Made by a program: the position numbers and the translations under genes | Notes under the pieces: model-generated | The model's database searches: none | What the model was told of the DNA's origin: nothing | Seen by the model: only the letters and a program-made list of their open reading frames with translations | Shown here: in pieces, positions 52,045 through 62,608 of the stretch | Position numbering within the stretch: position 1 is the first letter of the stretch | Layout of the letters: each line of letters begins with the position of its first letter | Origin: an uncultured Methanomicrobiaceae archaeon | GTDB taxonomy: Archaea; Halobacteriota; Methanomicrobia; Methanomicrobiales; Methanoculleaceae | Assembly: GCA_963826525.1 (NCBI GenBank) | Contig: CAWGXH010000004.1 | Location: forward strand, 928,001 to 992,000 | Direction of reading: 5' to 3' | Length of the DNA stretch: 64,000 bases

Positions 52045-53246
52045 AAATGAACCTCGACCTCGTCACTGGTATCGAGCCCTTCGCAGACCGGGCCGATCCT
52101 GACGATGCCGTCGCTCTGGACGAGCGTATTGAGGAGGCCTGACTTTCCGAAGAGCGGGACGGCTTCGTTCCCGAGAATCTTGACACGGATGTACTCCTCC
52201 CGGCCCCTTTCGGACGGGATATTCTGTGACAACCTGACTTTTCTGGTTGGCTCCCTGCTCGTCAGGCAGCGGGTCAGTGCATTCATCAGGTGGCCGCCAA
52301 GCAGCGTGAGCACGACGAAGGCGGCTGCCGGGTGACCGGGAATGCCGATGACGGGAGTTTTGTCGATGCGGCCGATGATCGTCGGTTTGCCGGGTGCGAG
52401 TGCAATGCCGTGAGCTAAAACCTCCCCAAGCCCGGCAAGTACCCCGGCGGTGATATCCCGGTCATCCTTCGAGCTGCCACCGGAGATCAGGATTGCGTCG
52501 CATTCGGCAACCGCCCTCTCGAGTGCCGCCCGGAGTTCCCCGGGGTCGTCTTTGACAACGCTGTAATACTTTGGAACGCCCCCCCGCTCTTCGACGAATG
52601 CGCCGCAGAGATAGGTGTTGACATCCCGGACCTCCCCGAGGGCAGGTGTCCTGTCCGGGGAGATCAGTTCGACGCCGGTCGAGATGATGCCGATCTTCGG
52701 CCGCAATCTGACCGGCACGAGGAGTGCCCCTACCGCCGCGAGGATCCCGATATCCTGCACTTTCAGAAGCCTGCCGGCGGTGAATACGCCCTCGCCTTTC
52801 CTGAAGTCCTCGTCCTGGCAGAGGATATCTTCACCCGGTGCGACTGGCCGCGTCACCCGAACGGTATCTCCGAGGTTCTGGCAGTATTCGGACATCACAA
52901 CCGCGTCGGCACCGCGGGGCAGCATGCCGCCCGTCGGGACATAGGCACACTCCCCCCTCCTGATCGTTCCGCGCCCCTTCTGCTGCCCCATGGAGACCCG
53001 CTGGGCGGATGTGAGGGCGACAGGAGCCGATTCGGTTGCCTGATTGGTGTCCTGTGCGATCACCGCATAGCCATCTTTAACCGAACGATCAAAGCCGGGA
53101 ATGTTGATGTCTGCCTGAATATCCTCTGAGAGAACCCTACCGCGAGCCTCGGTCAACAGAACATATTCGGTACCCATCTCCGGAGCAATACGGGAGATCA
53201 GGTTGAGTGCATCCAGGACAGAAATTAAACGGAAAAACTGGCTCAT
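52038..53246 (-). CDS. moeA: Molybdopterin molybdo/tungstotransferase MoeA
   Basis: PGFDRSVKDGYAV, PTGGMLP.GADAVV, STGVEL, SGGSS, PGKPT, GIPGHP. Confidence 0.93.
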   Translation of the reverse strand: MSQFFRLISVLDALNLISRIAPEMGTEYVLLTEARGRVLSEDIQADINIPGFDRSVKDGYAVIAQDTNQATESAPVALTSAQRVSMGQQKGRGTIRRGECAYVPTGGMLPRGADAVVMSEYCQNLGDTVRVTRPVAPGEDILCQDEDFRKGEGVFTAGRLLKVQDIGILAAVGALLVPVRLRPKIGIISTGVELISPDRTPALGEVRDVNTYLCGAFVEERGGVPKYYSVVKDDPGELRAALERAVAECDAILISGGSSKDDRDITAGVLAGLGEVLAHGIALAPGKPTIIGRIDKTPVIGIPGHPAAAFVVLTLLGGHLMNALTRCLTSREPTRKVRLSQNIPSERGREEYIRVKILGNEAVPLFGKSGLLNTLVQSDGIVRIGPVCEGLDTSDEVEVHLW

Positions 53247-53358
53247 AGTTGGTGACTCCGGTGGGTTTGCTGGGGTTGATAAATTATTTTCATTTACAAA
53301 AATATAATGTTTACTGTATCTCGTATACTCCTCCGGAGAAAAAAAGGAATGGGGAAGA

Positions 53359-54159
53359 TTACGCCTTGACATAGAGGTGTGCGTACACGGGCTGCCCCTT
53401 CGACTTGGGGTGGCGTTCGCCGAGGTCCCCGATGTAATGGTTGAAGAGTGCATGCGTGCCGTCGATGTCGCGTTCGACGGTCTCGATCTCCTTGAATCCC
53501 GGCAGCGGGTTCTCGATCGTGCCGAAGACGTAGATGTTGCCTTTCACCATCTGGCCGCCGACACGCCCCTTGGCGTTCCCTTTGATGACGACGGTGCCGC
53601 CTTCCCCGTGGGTCGAAACGTGGATATCGGCGTCGCCGCCGATGACGATGGTTCCGCCGTTGATGAACGTGGCGGTATCGTTGCCGACGTTTCCGCCGAC
53701 GCGGATAACGCCGCCCTTCATTCCGCGCCACTCGCCGCGGGGTGCTGCGCCGACGTGGTGACCCGCATCGCCGTCGATGACGAGTTCGCCGCCTTCCATA
53801 CCGATGCCGCAGAAGGAGTCGGCCTTCCCCTTCACGTGGACCTTGCCGCCCTTCATCCAGCCGCCGATATACATGTCGGCGTCGCCCTCGATGACGATCT
53901 CACCGTCGGTCATCTGCTGGCCGATCCTCTTCACGCGAGTACAGTTGCCCTTGACGATGATCCTGGTTTCACCGGGGGTCGCCCCTGCGGAACCTTCTAT
54001 CGTGAAGTAATCTCCGAGCGGGATCTTCTCTTTCCCTTCCCATATCTCCAGGGCTGCAATCTCCGCAGGTGTCTTTCCGGCGAAGGCGTCGGGGGTAATG
54101 GAGTTGCACTCTAGATAGAGTCCCGACTGTTTGTTTAATGTCAGAGTTACCGTCTTCAT
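53359..54159 (-). CDS. fwdC: Formylmethanofuran dehydrogenase subunit C
   Basis: ITPD, GXGXG beta-helix repeats, RGEWRGMKGG, GDLGE. Confidence 0.93.
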   Translation of the reverse strand: MKTVTLTLNKQSGLYLECNSITPDAFAGKTPAEIAALEIWEGKEKIPLGDYFTIEGSAGATPGETRIIVKGNCTRVKRIGQQMTDGEIVIEGDADMYIGGWMKGGKVHVKGKADSFCGIGMEGGELVIDGDAGHHVGAAPRGEWRGMKGGVIRVGGNVGNDTATFINGGTIVIGGDADIHVSTHGEGGTVVIKGNAKGRVGGQMVKGNIYVFGTIENPLPGFKEIETVERDIDGTHALFNHYIGDLGERHPKSKGQPVYAHLYVKA

Positions 54160-54169
54160 GTCATCCACC

Positions 54170-55873
54170 TCATTCTGCTGCAGGTACCTCAATGACCCGC
54201 GGGTTGTGCAGGTGCTCTTCGAACAGTGCATAGTTCTCCAGTTTGAGACTGTAGTGCTTGAGGAAGTGCTCATAGATGTCACGGTTGACCTGTGCATTCT
54301 CCGGAACCTTGACGTCTACCCAGATTGTCCGCTTTGCGGGTTCTGCGACGATCTCTCCGTCCCGGACAGTGATCACACCGTCCTTGATCATGTATGCGCA
54401 CCGTGAGAACGCGCGCTCGATCTCTTCGGCGTCCGAGGGCATGGCGTCTGCGTTCAGGTTGTAGATGGCCACGTCGGCGTCCATGCCGGGTGCGAGGCCA
54501 CCGTACATGTCAGCGATGCCGAGCGCCTTTGCGGTGCCGGCACGGGTCATCTGGGCGATCTCGTAGAACGAGAGCTCGCGGTCGATACCGGCGATGTTGG
54601 TGGCTTCGATAACCTTCCCGCGGTGCTTGAAGGCGTCGATCTGCTCGTTACGTGCATTCTCGCTCATCAGCCACTTGATGACGCGCGGATACCGGGTGAA
54701 GGGGCCGGCATTCGGGTGGTCGGTGGTGATGAACGTCCGCATCGGATCCTTTGCAAGGAGACCGATCTCAAGGCCGATAGCCCACTGAATGGCGTTCGCC
54801 TTGTTGTTCGCACTGTAGACGAACGGCACGACACCGGCGGCGGTCTCGAGTTCGACGTCGACGTTTGCCCACTTGAGGTTGTTCACCGACCGCAGGTGGT
54901 GCTCGAAGGGTCCGTCGGCGGTCATCGTGGTCGTTTCGTCAAGGGTGACCTGACCGATATCGACGGTGATGTTGTCGTGGCTGTTCACGTAGTCCATGAT
55001 CTCCGGGACCTTGGACTCGAAGTTAAGCCCTTCACCACCGTAGGAGTGGAACTGCAGGTGCGTGAGGTGCATGACCTGCGTCCTGCCGAACGTGTTCTTC
55101 GCGGTGTACCCCTCGGCGAGCCTGAGGGTTTCCAGCGTATCGACGTAGTTGCCGGGGTTCCCGAGGTTGTTCGGGTGAATGTGGATCGAGTGGGGGAGAC
55201 CGAGGGTACTCGTTCGTCTCGATGGATCCTTTGATGATCTGAGCCGGAGTGACGTCGAAGTACGGCACCGGTTCGTGGATGTTTGCACAGTTCAGACCCC
55301 ATCCCCATGCCTCGGAACCGCCGGGGTTGACGATCTTGATGCCGAATCCGCGGGTAGCACGGAGCAGCCAGGCGGTGTATGCTGCGTTATTCTCGATCTC
55401 GTTGTTTTTCAGGTACTCAAGAGAGAACCAGTTGTTCCCGAAGACGGGCATCGCGGATATGTCGATGATCGGCGTGTCGCGGATCTCCTCGTGCACGTGA
55501 GGCGAGTGGAGCGGGGGCATCGCCGCTTCGTTGACGTAGGAGTATCCCATCCGGGCGTAGTCGTAGCCTGTCTTGTAGACGGACGGGACTGAGGTGCCCA
55601 TCTCCATCCTGCTGGCGGTCTTTTTGATATTTTTGAAGAGCTTTTCTTCCGGGCGGAAGAGACGGCCGGTGTTGACTTTGGCCCCACGATGTGGGAGTGA
55701 ATGTCCACGCCGCCGGCCATGACGGTCATGCCGGTAGCGTCGATCGTCCGTGGGTTTTTAAGAGCAGTCGTCTCGACAATCTTGCCGTCCTTGATGGCGA
55801 TATCCACCTTGTCGCCTTTGATCCCCTGCAGGGGGTCGAAGACGAAACCGTTCTTGATGATGATCTCACTCAT
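54170..55873 (-). CDS. fwdA: Formylmethanofuran dehydrogenase subunit A (frameshifts ~55683 and ~55205)
   Basis: GGVDIHSH, YARMGY, KIVNPGG, HIHPNNLG.PGN, THLQFHSY, TTDHPNAGPF. Confidence 0.95.
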
Positions 55874-55877
55874 TGTT

Positions 55878-57254
55878 TTACTCCCCCACGATGGTCTTCT
55901 GCGTGTCCGCTGCCGCCGTACTTGGCTGAGTAAGTCCCTCTTCAGCCTCGATCTCGCAGATCCGCTGGTGAATCCGCTCGAAGAGTTCCTCGTCGCTGAT
56001 GACGCCCTCGGGCGGGTTCAGCACCTGGCGGTACTGGATCGGGACGTTGTCCATACGATAGACGATGCCCGGGACCTCGACGCCGACGATCCCGACCGGG
56101 ATGTGGAGGTCGGAGATCTCGCTGGCCATACAGATGTTCGGGTCGATGGTGATCCAGGGATGCTTCTTTAAGTGTTTGACGGCCTCGATCGGGAAGTGTG
56201 CTCCTGCATCGGTTCCGATGTTGAAGAAGGCGTCCACCTCGTCCCGCATGGCAAGGTCGACGGAGCTCGTCTCACCGGGGTTCATGTAGGCGTGGTCTTT
56301 CTTGCTCATGTCGATACAGTAGGGGTATCCGGTTGTCCATGCCCAGACCACGCCGGGACCGGCGATGTTGTAGTGGCCGCGCATCGCCATGATCGTCCAC
56401 TTGGTGAAGTCGTTCAGGTCGCGGGTCATGCTGATGGCGATATCCACATTGTGGTTGCGGCCGTCGGAGTGGCAGAGACCCATGCCGTAGAAGATGGTGC
56501 CGAAGCGGGCTTTCTTTAAGATATCAGCGACCTCCAGAATCTGCTCCTTTTTCACACCGGCGACCTCGTCCGGGATATCTTCGCCGTGGAGAACCGTCCT
56601 GAAAGCGTTGAAGAGATCGTAGTCATAGCCCTGCTTCACCTGGACGTAGATGTCGGCGACGCGGGCTGTATCGGTGTAGCGGGGATCGATGACGATGATC
56701 TTCCGGCCTTTGTGGCCCTTCCCGGTGAAGAAACCGCGGGGGAAGATCGAGTAGCGGGACATGTGCCGTGGGTGAGCGTGTGCCGGGTTAGAGCCCCAGT
56801 AGACGATAACGTCCGCCCGGTTCTTGGTCTCTCCGAGGGTGCAACTCGGGTATCCGTTGTCGAATATGGCCAAAAACGAGCTGCCGTGGCAGATCGAGGC
56901 ACAGTTATCGAGCACCGCCCCCGCTTTCTCGGCGACCTTGGCTGCGGCGGCCATTCCCTCGCAGTTTGTCGAGCCGAAGCCGTAGATGAGGGGTTTTTTC
57001 GCCTTGACCAGAACTTTTGCCGCGTAGTCGACCGCTTCATCGTAGCTGATGTCCTTGTAGGCGCCGTCCGGCTGGCGGAGACGGGGCAGCTTGATCCGGT
57101 TGTCACCGGAGGCGTGATGAAATATCTCATTCCCGATTGCACAGGCGTTCTCGACCTCGAGGACATTCCTTCCGTCGTCGGAAACGGTCACGACGAGGTC
57201 GTCGCAGCAGACGCCGCAGTAGGGACATCCGACGTTCTCAATTCTCTTTGGCAT
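55878..57254 (-). CDS. fwdB: Formylmethanofuran dehydrogenase subunit B (Cys ligand, not Sec)
   Basis: CPYCGVCCDD, SICHG, HAHPRHMSRY, MRGHYN, YRMDNVP. Confidence 0.95.
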   Translation of the reverse strand: MPKRIENVGCPYCGVCCDDLVVTVSDDGRNVLEVENACAIGNEIFHHASGDNRIKLPRLRQPDGAYKDISYDEAVDYAAKVLVKAKKPLIYGFGSTNCEGMAAAAKVAEKAGAVLDNCASICHGSSFLAIFDNGYPSCTLGETKNRADVIVYWGSNPAHAHPRHMSRYSIFPRGFFTGKGHKGRKIIVIDPRYTDTARVADIYVQVKQGYDYDLFNAFRTVLHGEDIPDEVAGVKKEQILEVADILKKARFGTIFYGMGLCHSDGRNHNVDIAISMTRDLNDFTKWTIMAMRGHYNIAGPGVVWAWTTGYPYCIDMSKKDHAYMNPGETSSVDLAMRDEVDAFFNIGTDAGAHFPIEAVKHLKKHPWITIDPNICMASEISDLHIPVGIVGVEVPGIVYRMDNVPIQYRQVLNPPEGVISDEELFERIHQRICEIEAEEGLTQPSTAAADTQKTIVGE

Positions 57255-57256
57255 CC

Positions 57257-57668
57257 TTAATCACCTTTCCATAGCCCGACGGCTCCCTGAACGCACTCGA
57301 GCGCACTCTTTCTCTTCATCCCTCTTGCGGGTTCGACCGTCACGGGAAAACCACTGTACCTGGGGCTCCCCGGTCGCCTGCGTCCGCGCCGGGACGATCT
57401 GGTTTGCCCAGACGCCCTGGGGGATAAATGCCAGACCGGGATAGAGTGTCTGGCGGCCCTTGACGGATTTCACGACGACACTCCCGCATTCGCTCGTTAC
57501 TTTCACGAGCTGGTTCGGCACCAGACCGAGTTTTCTGCTATCCTCTTCATTCAGCTCAATTATCGAGCAGGCTTCGAAGTATTCCTGCGTCGTTTTCCCC
57601 TTCTCCATCGCAACACCTTCTTCGATGGAGCGCTGGGTGATCATATTCAGCGTCAGTTTGTCTACCAT
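57257..57668 (-). CDS. fwdD: Formylmethanofuran dehydrogenase subunit D (frameshift ~57358)
   Basis: ITQRSIEEG, FIPQGVWAN, TGEP(QYSG) in operon order D-B-A-C. Confidence 0.9.
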
Positions 57669-57954
57669 ACCTATACCTCTTCATGCATCACGTGCTCATT
57701 CGATGGCAAACGGAATGCCTCCGACCCTGAAGTCCACAACGGACTTTTGGGATGGAGAATGGCAGTGTCGCCGTCCTGCTGTGACTGCGACCAGGGTTTC
57801 CCGGCCTTCTCCGGGACAATTATGCCCGACCGGGCGCAAAGCCGCCCCGGATGGTGGGAGACCACCTGTTCACACCGGAGAGGTGCGTGGAGCATCGTTC
57901 GGGGAGTACGTTCGCCGGTCGGGAACGTGTTCCGACAAAGCGTTGTAATGGTTT

Positions 57955-57962
57955 TTATTTAA
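57955..57962 (-). promoter_or_regulatory. Candidate TATA box of the fwd operon
   Basis: TTAAATAA on the minus strand in an AT-rich patch ~290 bp upstream of fwdD. Confidence 0.45.
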
Positions 57963-58420
57963 CCGTTCCGATGGATTTACTGCCGAAAAAATGGAAAAGC
58001 CGCCCGAATATTGTAAACTTAATCCCATTGATGTTCTCCAAAGTGTCAACGTACCTGTGTAATCTTTTTTCCCCGATCTCACACTATTTTCCCTGTCTGA
58101 CCGGGGGACGTATTATTTCAAAAGTACTTAACTCGCCTCTCGCCAGGCATGAGACTTCCCGTCCGGGCTGCCGGGGTAAGTCCCTTCGAAAAAGGATGAA
58201 ATCGTTCGGATTTGGGGAAAAGCGCAGGGAGATCTGCATCTTCCAGCACTGCATTGGGCACTCCGGTGAGCTCTCCGGAGGCAGAGACGCGGAAACGGCC
58301 GGATATTGTCAGGATAAAGGTCGCGATCGGCCTGCCGGTTTCATCTCCTGTGCGGTGACCTTCACTTTTGGGCGAGTCGGCATGCATTTATCGCAGAGTC
58401 GGTTCAGAACTGTACCATTC

Positions 58421-59515
58421 ATGGCTGGCGATAACAGGATCATCCTCCATGTGGATATGGATAGCTTCTACGCCTCTATCGAGGTTCGGGAGCGTCCTGC
58501 TCTTCTGGGCTTCCCGGTCGTCGTTGGGGCCGACCCGCGGGGCGGAGCAGGGCGGGGCGTCGTCAGCACCTGCTCCTACGAGGCACGGCGGTGTGGCATT
58601 CACTCGGGCCAGCCCATCTCCCGGGCGTTCGATCTCTGTCCGCATGCCGTCTTTCTGCCGGTGAACCACCGTCTCTACGCCGGGGTCTCCGGGAACGTGA
58701 TGCAGATCCTCATGCAGTATGCCGAGAGGATGGAGCAGGTGAGTATCGACGAAGCCTACCTTGATCTCACGGGCATCGCGAGTTACACGGAGGCGGAGCA
58801 GATTGCCCGGAGCCTGAAGGATGCGGTTCTGGCAGCGGAAGGCCTCACCTGCTCGGTCGGGATAGGCCCGAGCAAGGTCATCGCCAAGATCGCCTCGGAC
58901 TTCCAGAAACCCGACGGCCTGACGGTCGTCCCGCCCGGCCGGGTATCGGAGTTCCTCGCCCCGCTCCCGGTCGGGAAAATCCCGGGCGTCGGGAAGAAGA
59001 CCGGGGTGGAGCTTGCCGGGATGGGAATCCATACGGTGGGCGAGCTTGCGGCGTATGATGTTCAAGAGCTGATCACCCGTTTCGGAAGTGGGGGTGTCAG
59101 GATCCGTGACCTTGCGCTCGGCAGGGACGAACGTGAGGTAGAAATGAGGGAGGGGGCGAAGTCGATCAGCAGGGAGATGACTTTTGAGGAGGATACGGAC
59201 GATACCTTCTCTGTCGGGGAGGCAATGGATCTCCTTGCCGCCGATCTGGCACAGACCCTCGCGAAGGAGGCGCTCCGGTTCCGGACACTGACGGTGAAGG
59301 TGCGCTACCGCGGTTTTGTCACCCACACCCGCTCGCGGACGTTCGATCACGCCACGAGCGATCCGGCGGTGATCCGCGAGGGTGCCCGTGAGCTGCTGGC
59401 GCCGTTCCTTGACGGGAGATACATCAGGCTGATCGGGCTTCGGCTCTCGGGGTTCGACCGAAACCGGGTAAGGCAGGCCTCGCTTGACGAGTTCTTCACG
59501 CCGGAACAGGGGTGA
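58421..59515 (+). CDS. dinB: Y-family DNA polymerase IV
   Basis: HVDMDSFYASIE, SYEAR, SIDEAYLD, AKIASD..KPDG, IPGVG, RLIGL. Confidence 0.96.
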   Translation: MAGDNRIILHVDMDSFYASIEVRERPALLGFPVVVGADPRGGAGRGVVSTCSYEARRCGIHSGQPISRAFDLCPHAVFLPVNHRLYAGVSGNVMQILMQYAERMEQVSIDEAYLDLTGIASYTEAEQIARSLKDAVLAAEGLTCSVGIGPSKVIAKIASDFQKPDGLTVVPPGRVSEFLAPLPVGKIPGVGKKTGVELAGMGIHTVGELAAYDVQELITRFGSGGVRIRDLALGRDEREVEMREGAKSISREMTFEEDTDDTFSVGEAMDLLAADLAQTLAKEALRFRTLTVKVRYRGFVTHTRSRTFDHATSDPAVIREGARELLAPFLDGRYIRLIGLRLSGFDRNRVRQASLDEFFTPEQG

Positions 59516-59524
59516 AACCCGCCG

Positions 59525-60202
59525 TCACTTTTGTCCGTCCACATCCATCCGGATGCGTCGCACCCGCTCCTCGACGGGTGGGAAGTACCCGGAGAACTGC
59601 CTGCAGGACGGGGGATGGAGGGTCGTGACGATGCGGCCGGGACCCTGCCGGGTACCCCTTCTGGCCGCGATATCGGTGAGGATCCCGAGGAGGAGCAGTG
59701 AAGGCTCGTGTATGTTGTACTGAGTCTTCATTATCTCGGCGGCATACCGGTCGGCGGTGAACTCTTCGTCGTACATCCGGCGGTAGAAGATTCGGTAGAT
59801 GAGGAGCATGACGGCGAGTGCGGCAGAAATAATCAGGGCCTTTGTCGGTACCTGGCCGAGAAGTCCTTCCATAGCCGTAAGCCCCGCGTCAGGGAGGGTG
59901 GCGAAGGGGGACTTTGTGAGTACAATAAGGAGGAGCAGGGGGAGCGCGATGATGCCGTAGGGGGTGAGGGATCCTTTCTTGATATGCCCTTCTTCGTGCA
60001 GGAGAATGAACCGGAGTGCATCGTCGCTCAGCCGACTGAGTTTCTCATCGTAGAAAGCCTTCCGGTACCGGATGCTCCGCATGAACCCCTGCACGTTCAG
60101 GGTTGTCGGACACTCCCGCAACCGGCGTTTTTCAGCGATCAGACCCTCCGCCTGCAGTTCATGGAAGATCCGAAAGAACCGGTTGTTGCTGATATCGTCC
60201 AT
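59525..60202 (-). CDS. Membrane zinc metallopeptidase (M48/M56-like)
   Basis: LLHEEGH, two TM segments, EFTADRYA, FPPVEERV. Confidence 0.75.
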   Translation of the reverse strand: MDDISNNRFFRIFHELQAEGLIAEKRRLRECPTTLNVQGFMRSIRYRKAFYDEKLSRLSDDALRFILLHEEGHIKKGSLTPYGIIALPLLLLIVLTKSPFATLPDAGLTAMEGLLGQVPTKALIISAALAVMLLIYRIFYRRMYDEEFTADRYAAEIMKTQYNIHEPSLLLLGILTDIAARRGTRQGPGRIVTTLHPPSCRQFSGYFPPVEERVRRIRMDVDGQK

Positions 60203-60335
60203 TCCGCACTCAGTGACTTTTATTGTAGCTGCTGATATAATCTACCTAAATATATTATTTATTTTCAACAATTTCCCGGGAAAATAGAACCTTTTTCTGA
60301 TGAGATCACGACACACATCATGCCCTCTCTATCCG

Positions 60336-61894
60336 TCATGATCCCGGGTGCGGCGGTTCAGTCCCGGAATATGTATCGGCATCGGTCTTTTCGGTCTGCG
60401 GCACGCCATCGGAGTGCTCGTCTGGTATAAGGCCGCCTCCGAATACCCGGGATACCATGATGGCGGCGATCGGGGCGCCGAAGACGAGTGCCCACCCTAC
60501 CGCCTGGGCGAGGGGTGGATATCCACCGTAGGGCGCGGCGATCCTGTCGATCAGGTTTGTGGCAACCGCGACGATCAGGACGGCAGGAACGAGATACCCG
60601 ATACTGACATCCCACCACCTGCCGACCGGGTGGGACGCCGATGCGTTCATGAATCTGCGAAGTCGCCCGGCGCCGTAGAGGTGGCCGATCACGGCTGCTT
60701 CCAGGATGCCGACGATAAGAATTGCAAATGAATTGTAGTAGGAGTCGACAAGATCGATCCAGTACAGCCCGCCCTCCGTCATAAAGAGCAGGCCTGTCAG
60801 AAAGATTCCTGCACAGATCATGGCGGAGAGCAACGCGGGTGGTGTGCCGACATAGTCCTGGAGCGATATGCTGAGCCCCTCGACCGCAGCGAAGATGGAG
60901 TCGACGGCAAGGGTGACGAACATCAGGAAGAAGAGGATGCCGAAGATTTCAGGGGCCAGGGGCAGGAGGCTGATCGCCGCCGGGTAGACCACGAACGCGA
61001 GTTCGACACCCCCTTCCACGACCTCGGGAACCGGCACGCCGGTGGTGTGGGCGAGGTACCCAGGGTCGAGAAGACGGCAATCCCTGCGATGAACGATGTG
61101 ATACCGTTCGCGATACAGATCAGAAACCCGCTCCTGGCGAGGTCATGCCGGTCCGGGAGAAATTTTGCGTAGGCGATCATGATTCCCATACCGATCGAGA
61201 GTGAGTAGAAGATCTGCCCGAAAGCGGCCACCCAGACACCGGGTCTCGTGAGCGCTGCAAAATCCGGCGTCAGGTAGTATGAAAGCCCGTCGAGTGCCCC
61301 CGGTAGTGTCACGCCCCGGACGACCATAACGATCAGGAAGATCCAGGGGAGGAGTACCGTCAGCCAGATGACCCTCTCGACGCTCCTGATTCCGCGGAAG
61401 ATCGAGACGTATACTGCTATCCAGGAGATGACGGCACCGAGAACAACCAGCCAGTTCATGCCGCCGAGCGTGAAGATGTCGGGTGAGAGGCGGAGGAAGG
61501 TGCTGTAGAAGAATCCTTCGGGGTCCGACCCCCAGGCCAGCGTCGAGGCAAACCCGATGTAGTTCACACCCCAGGCCATGATCACCGAATAGTATGCCAT
61601 CAGGATCACGGTCAGGATCACGACCAGCCAGCCGATCCAGGCGGTCTTCCGGCCGATAAGCACCTGGAACGATCCGGGAACTCCTGCACGTGCCCGGTAT
61701 CCGACGGCGCTCTCCATCAGCCAGAGTGGAATGCCTGCAAAGAGCAGGGCGACGATATAGGGAATCAGAAATGCCCCGCCGCCGTTATCGTAGCAGACAT
61801 AGGGAAACCGCCAGAGGTTCCCGAGGCCAATTGCCGCCCCTATCCCGGCGAGGATGAAGGTGAGCCGGGAGCTCCACTGCGGTTCTGCACTCAT
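60336..61894 (-). CDS. Sodium:neurotransmitter symporter (SNF) family transporter (frameshift ~61055)
   Basis: WSSRLTFILAGIGAAIGLGNLWRFPY, GGGAFLIPY, QIFYSLS, LAFVVYP, GGLYW. Confidence 0.93.
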
Positions 61895-62172
61895 CGTCAA
61901 GAAGTTTTACGTCCGGGGCCGGATAGATGTTGTGTTCCCTCTCCGGACTCGTATCGCGAGTTTGTATCCTGAAATGGACATCCGGTGCGGGATCAACAGC
62001 GGCGGTGAAGCAACCGGATCGACACCATGGCAGGCACTTCTCCTTTTGGGCACCCTCGTCTGCATACCCGGAGATAGAACCGGATATCCGGATTTCACTT
62101 TTTTCTGCCGTGGGAGGTGGTGTTCCTCCGGCATCGAATACTTATTCATTCTCGCGGTCAAGCTGCTCAGCA

Positions 62173-62608
62173 GTGCGCAACATACAGCTCCCGCTCGGTG
62201 CATTCGATCCTGAGGCCGGCCCCCTCTGCAACGGCAACCCCGACCAGAATGGGTTTCTGCCCCTCTGCTACCGCTGCCCCTGTGCCGACCGGACAGCCCG
62301 CCCGCTCCGGTGCCGGGAGTACCGATCTCCCGATACGGGCACGGGACAAGTACGCCCTGAAGGGCTGGAAGAGGGTTCGGAGCCTCGTTCTCAGGCGCGA
62401 CGACCACCGGTGCGCTATCTGTTCCGGAGAGGAGAATCTGCACATCCACCATATCGACGGCGACAATACGCACGACAGGCCTGAAAACCTCGTCACCCTC
62501 TGTGAGTTCTGCCACGCCCGGGTGCATACCGAGCTCCGGCGGGAGGGGGGCATCGAGCGGGTGGCGCGGGTGCTCGCCGTGGTGCGAACGGAGAAGGGCG
62601 AGACCTGA
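62173..62608 (+). CDS. HNH endonuclease with Cys-rich N-terminus (frameshift ~62325)
   Basis: RDDHRCAIC, LHIHHIDGD..N..ENLVTLCEFCHARVH; upstream frame from GTG 62173 gives PLCNG..PLCYRCPC..RC. Confidence 0.8.

Noticed and set aside
55878-57254. Selenocysteine or pyrrolysine recoding
   Set aside because: FwdB and EchE have ordinary Cys codons at the metal ligands, and no in-frame TGA/TAG read-through pattern was seen.
54170-57668. fwdA/fwdD (and echB) as pseudogenes or programmed frameshift sites
   Set aside because: These are core genes with conserved sequence on both sides of each break, no shared slippery heptamer, and indels scattered window-wide; sequencing error is more parsimonious.
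62173-62608. HNH protein as IscB/Cas9-like RNA-guided nuclease or mobile element
   Set aside because: Only ~145 aa, no PLMP or split RuvC motifs, and no transposase, terminal repeats or CRISPR array nearby.
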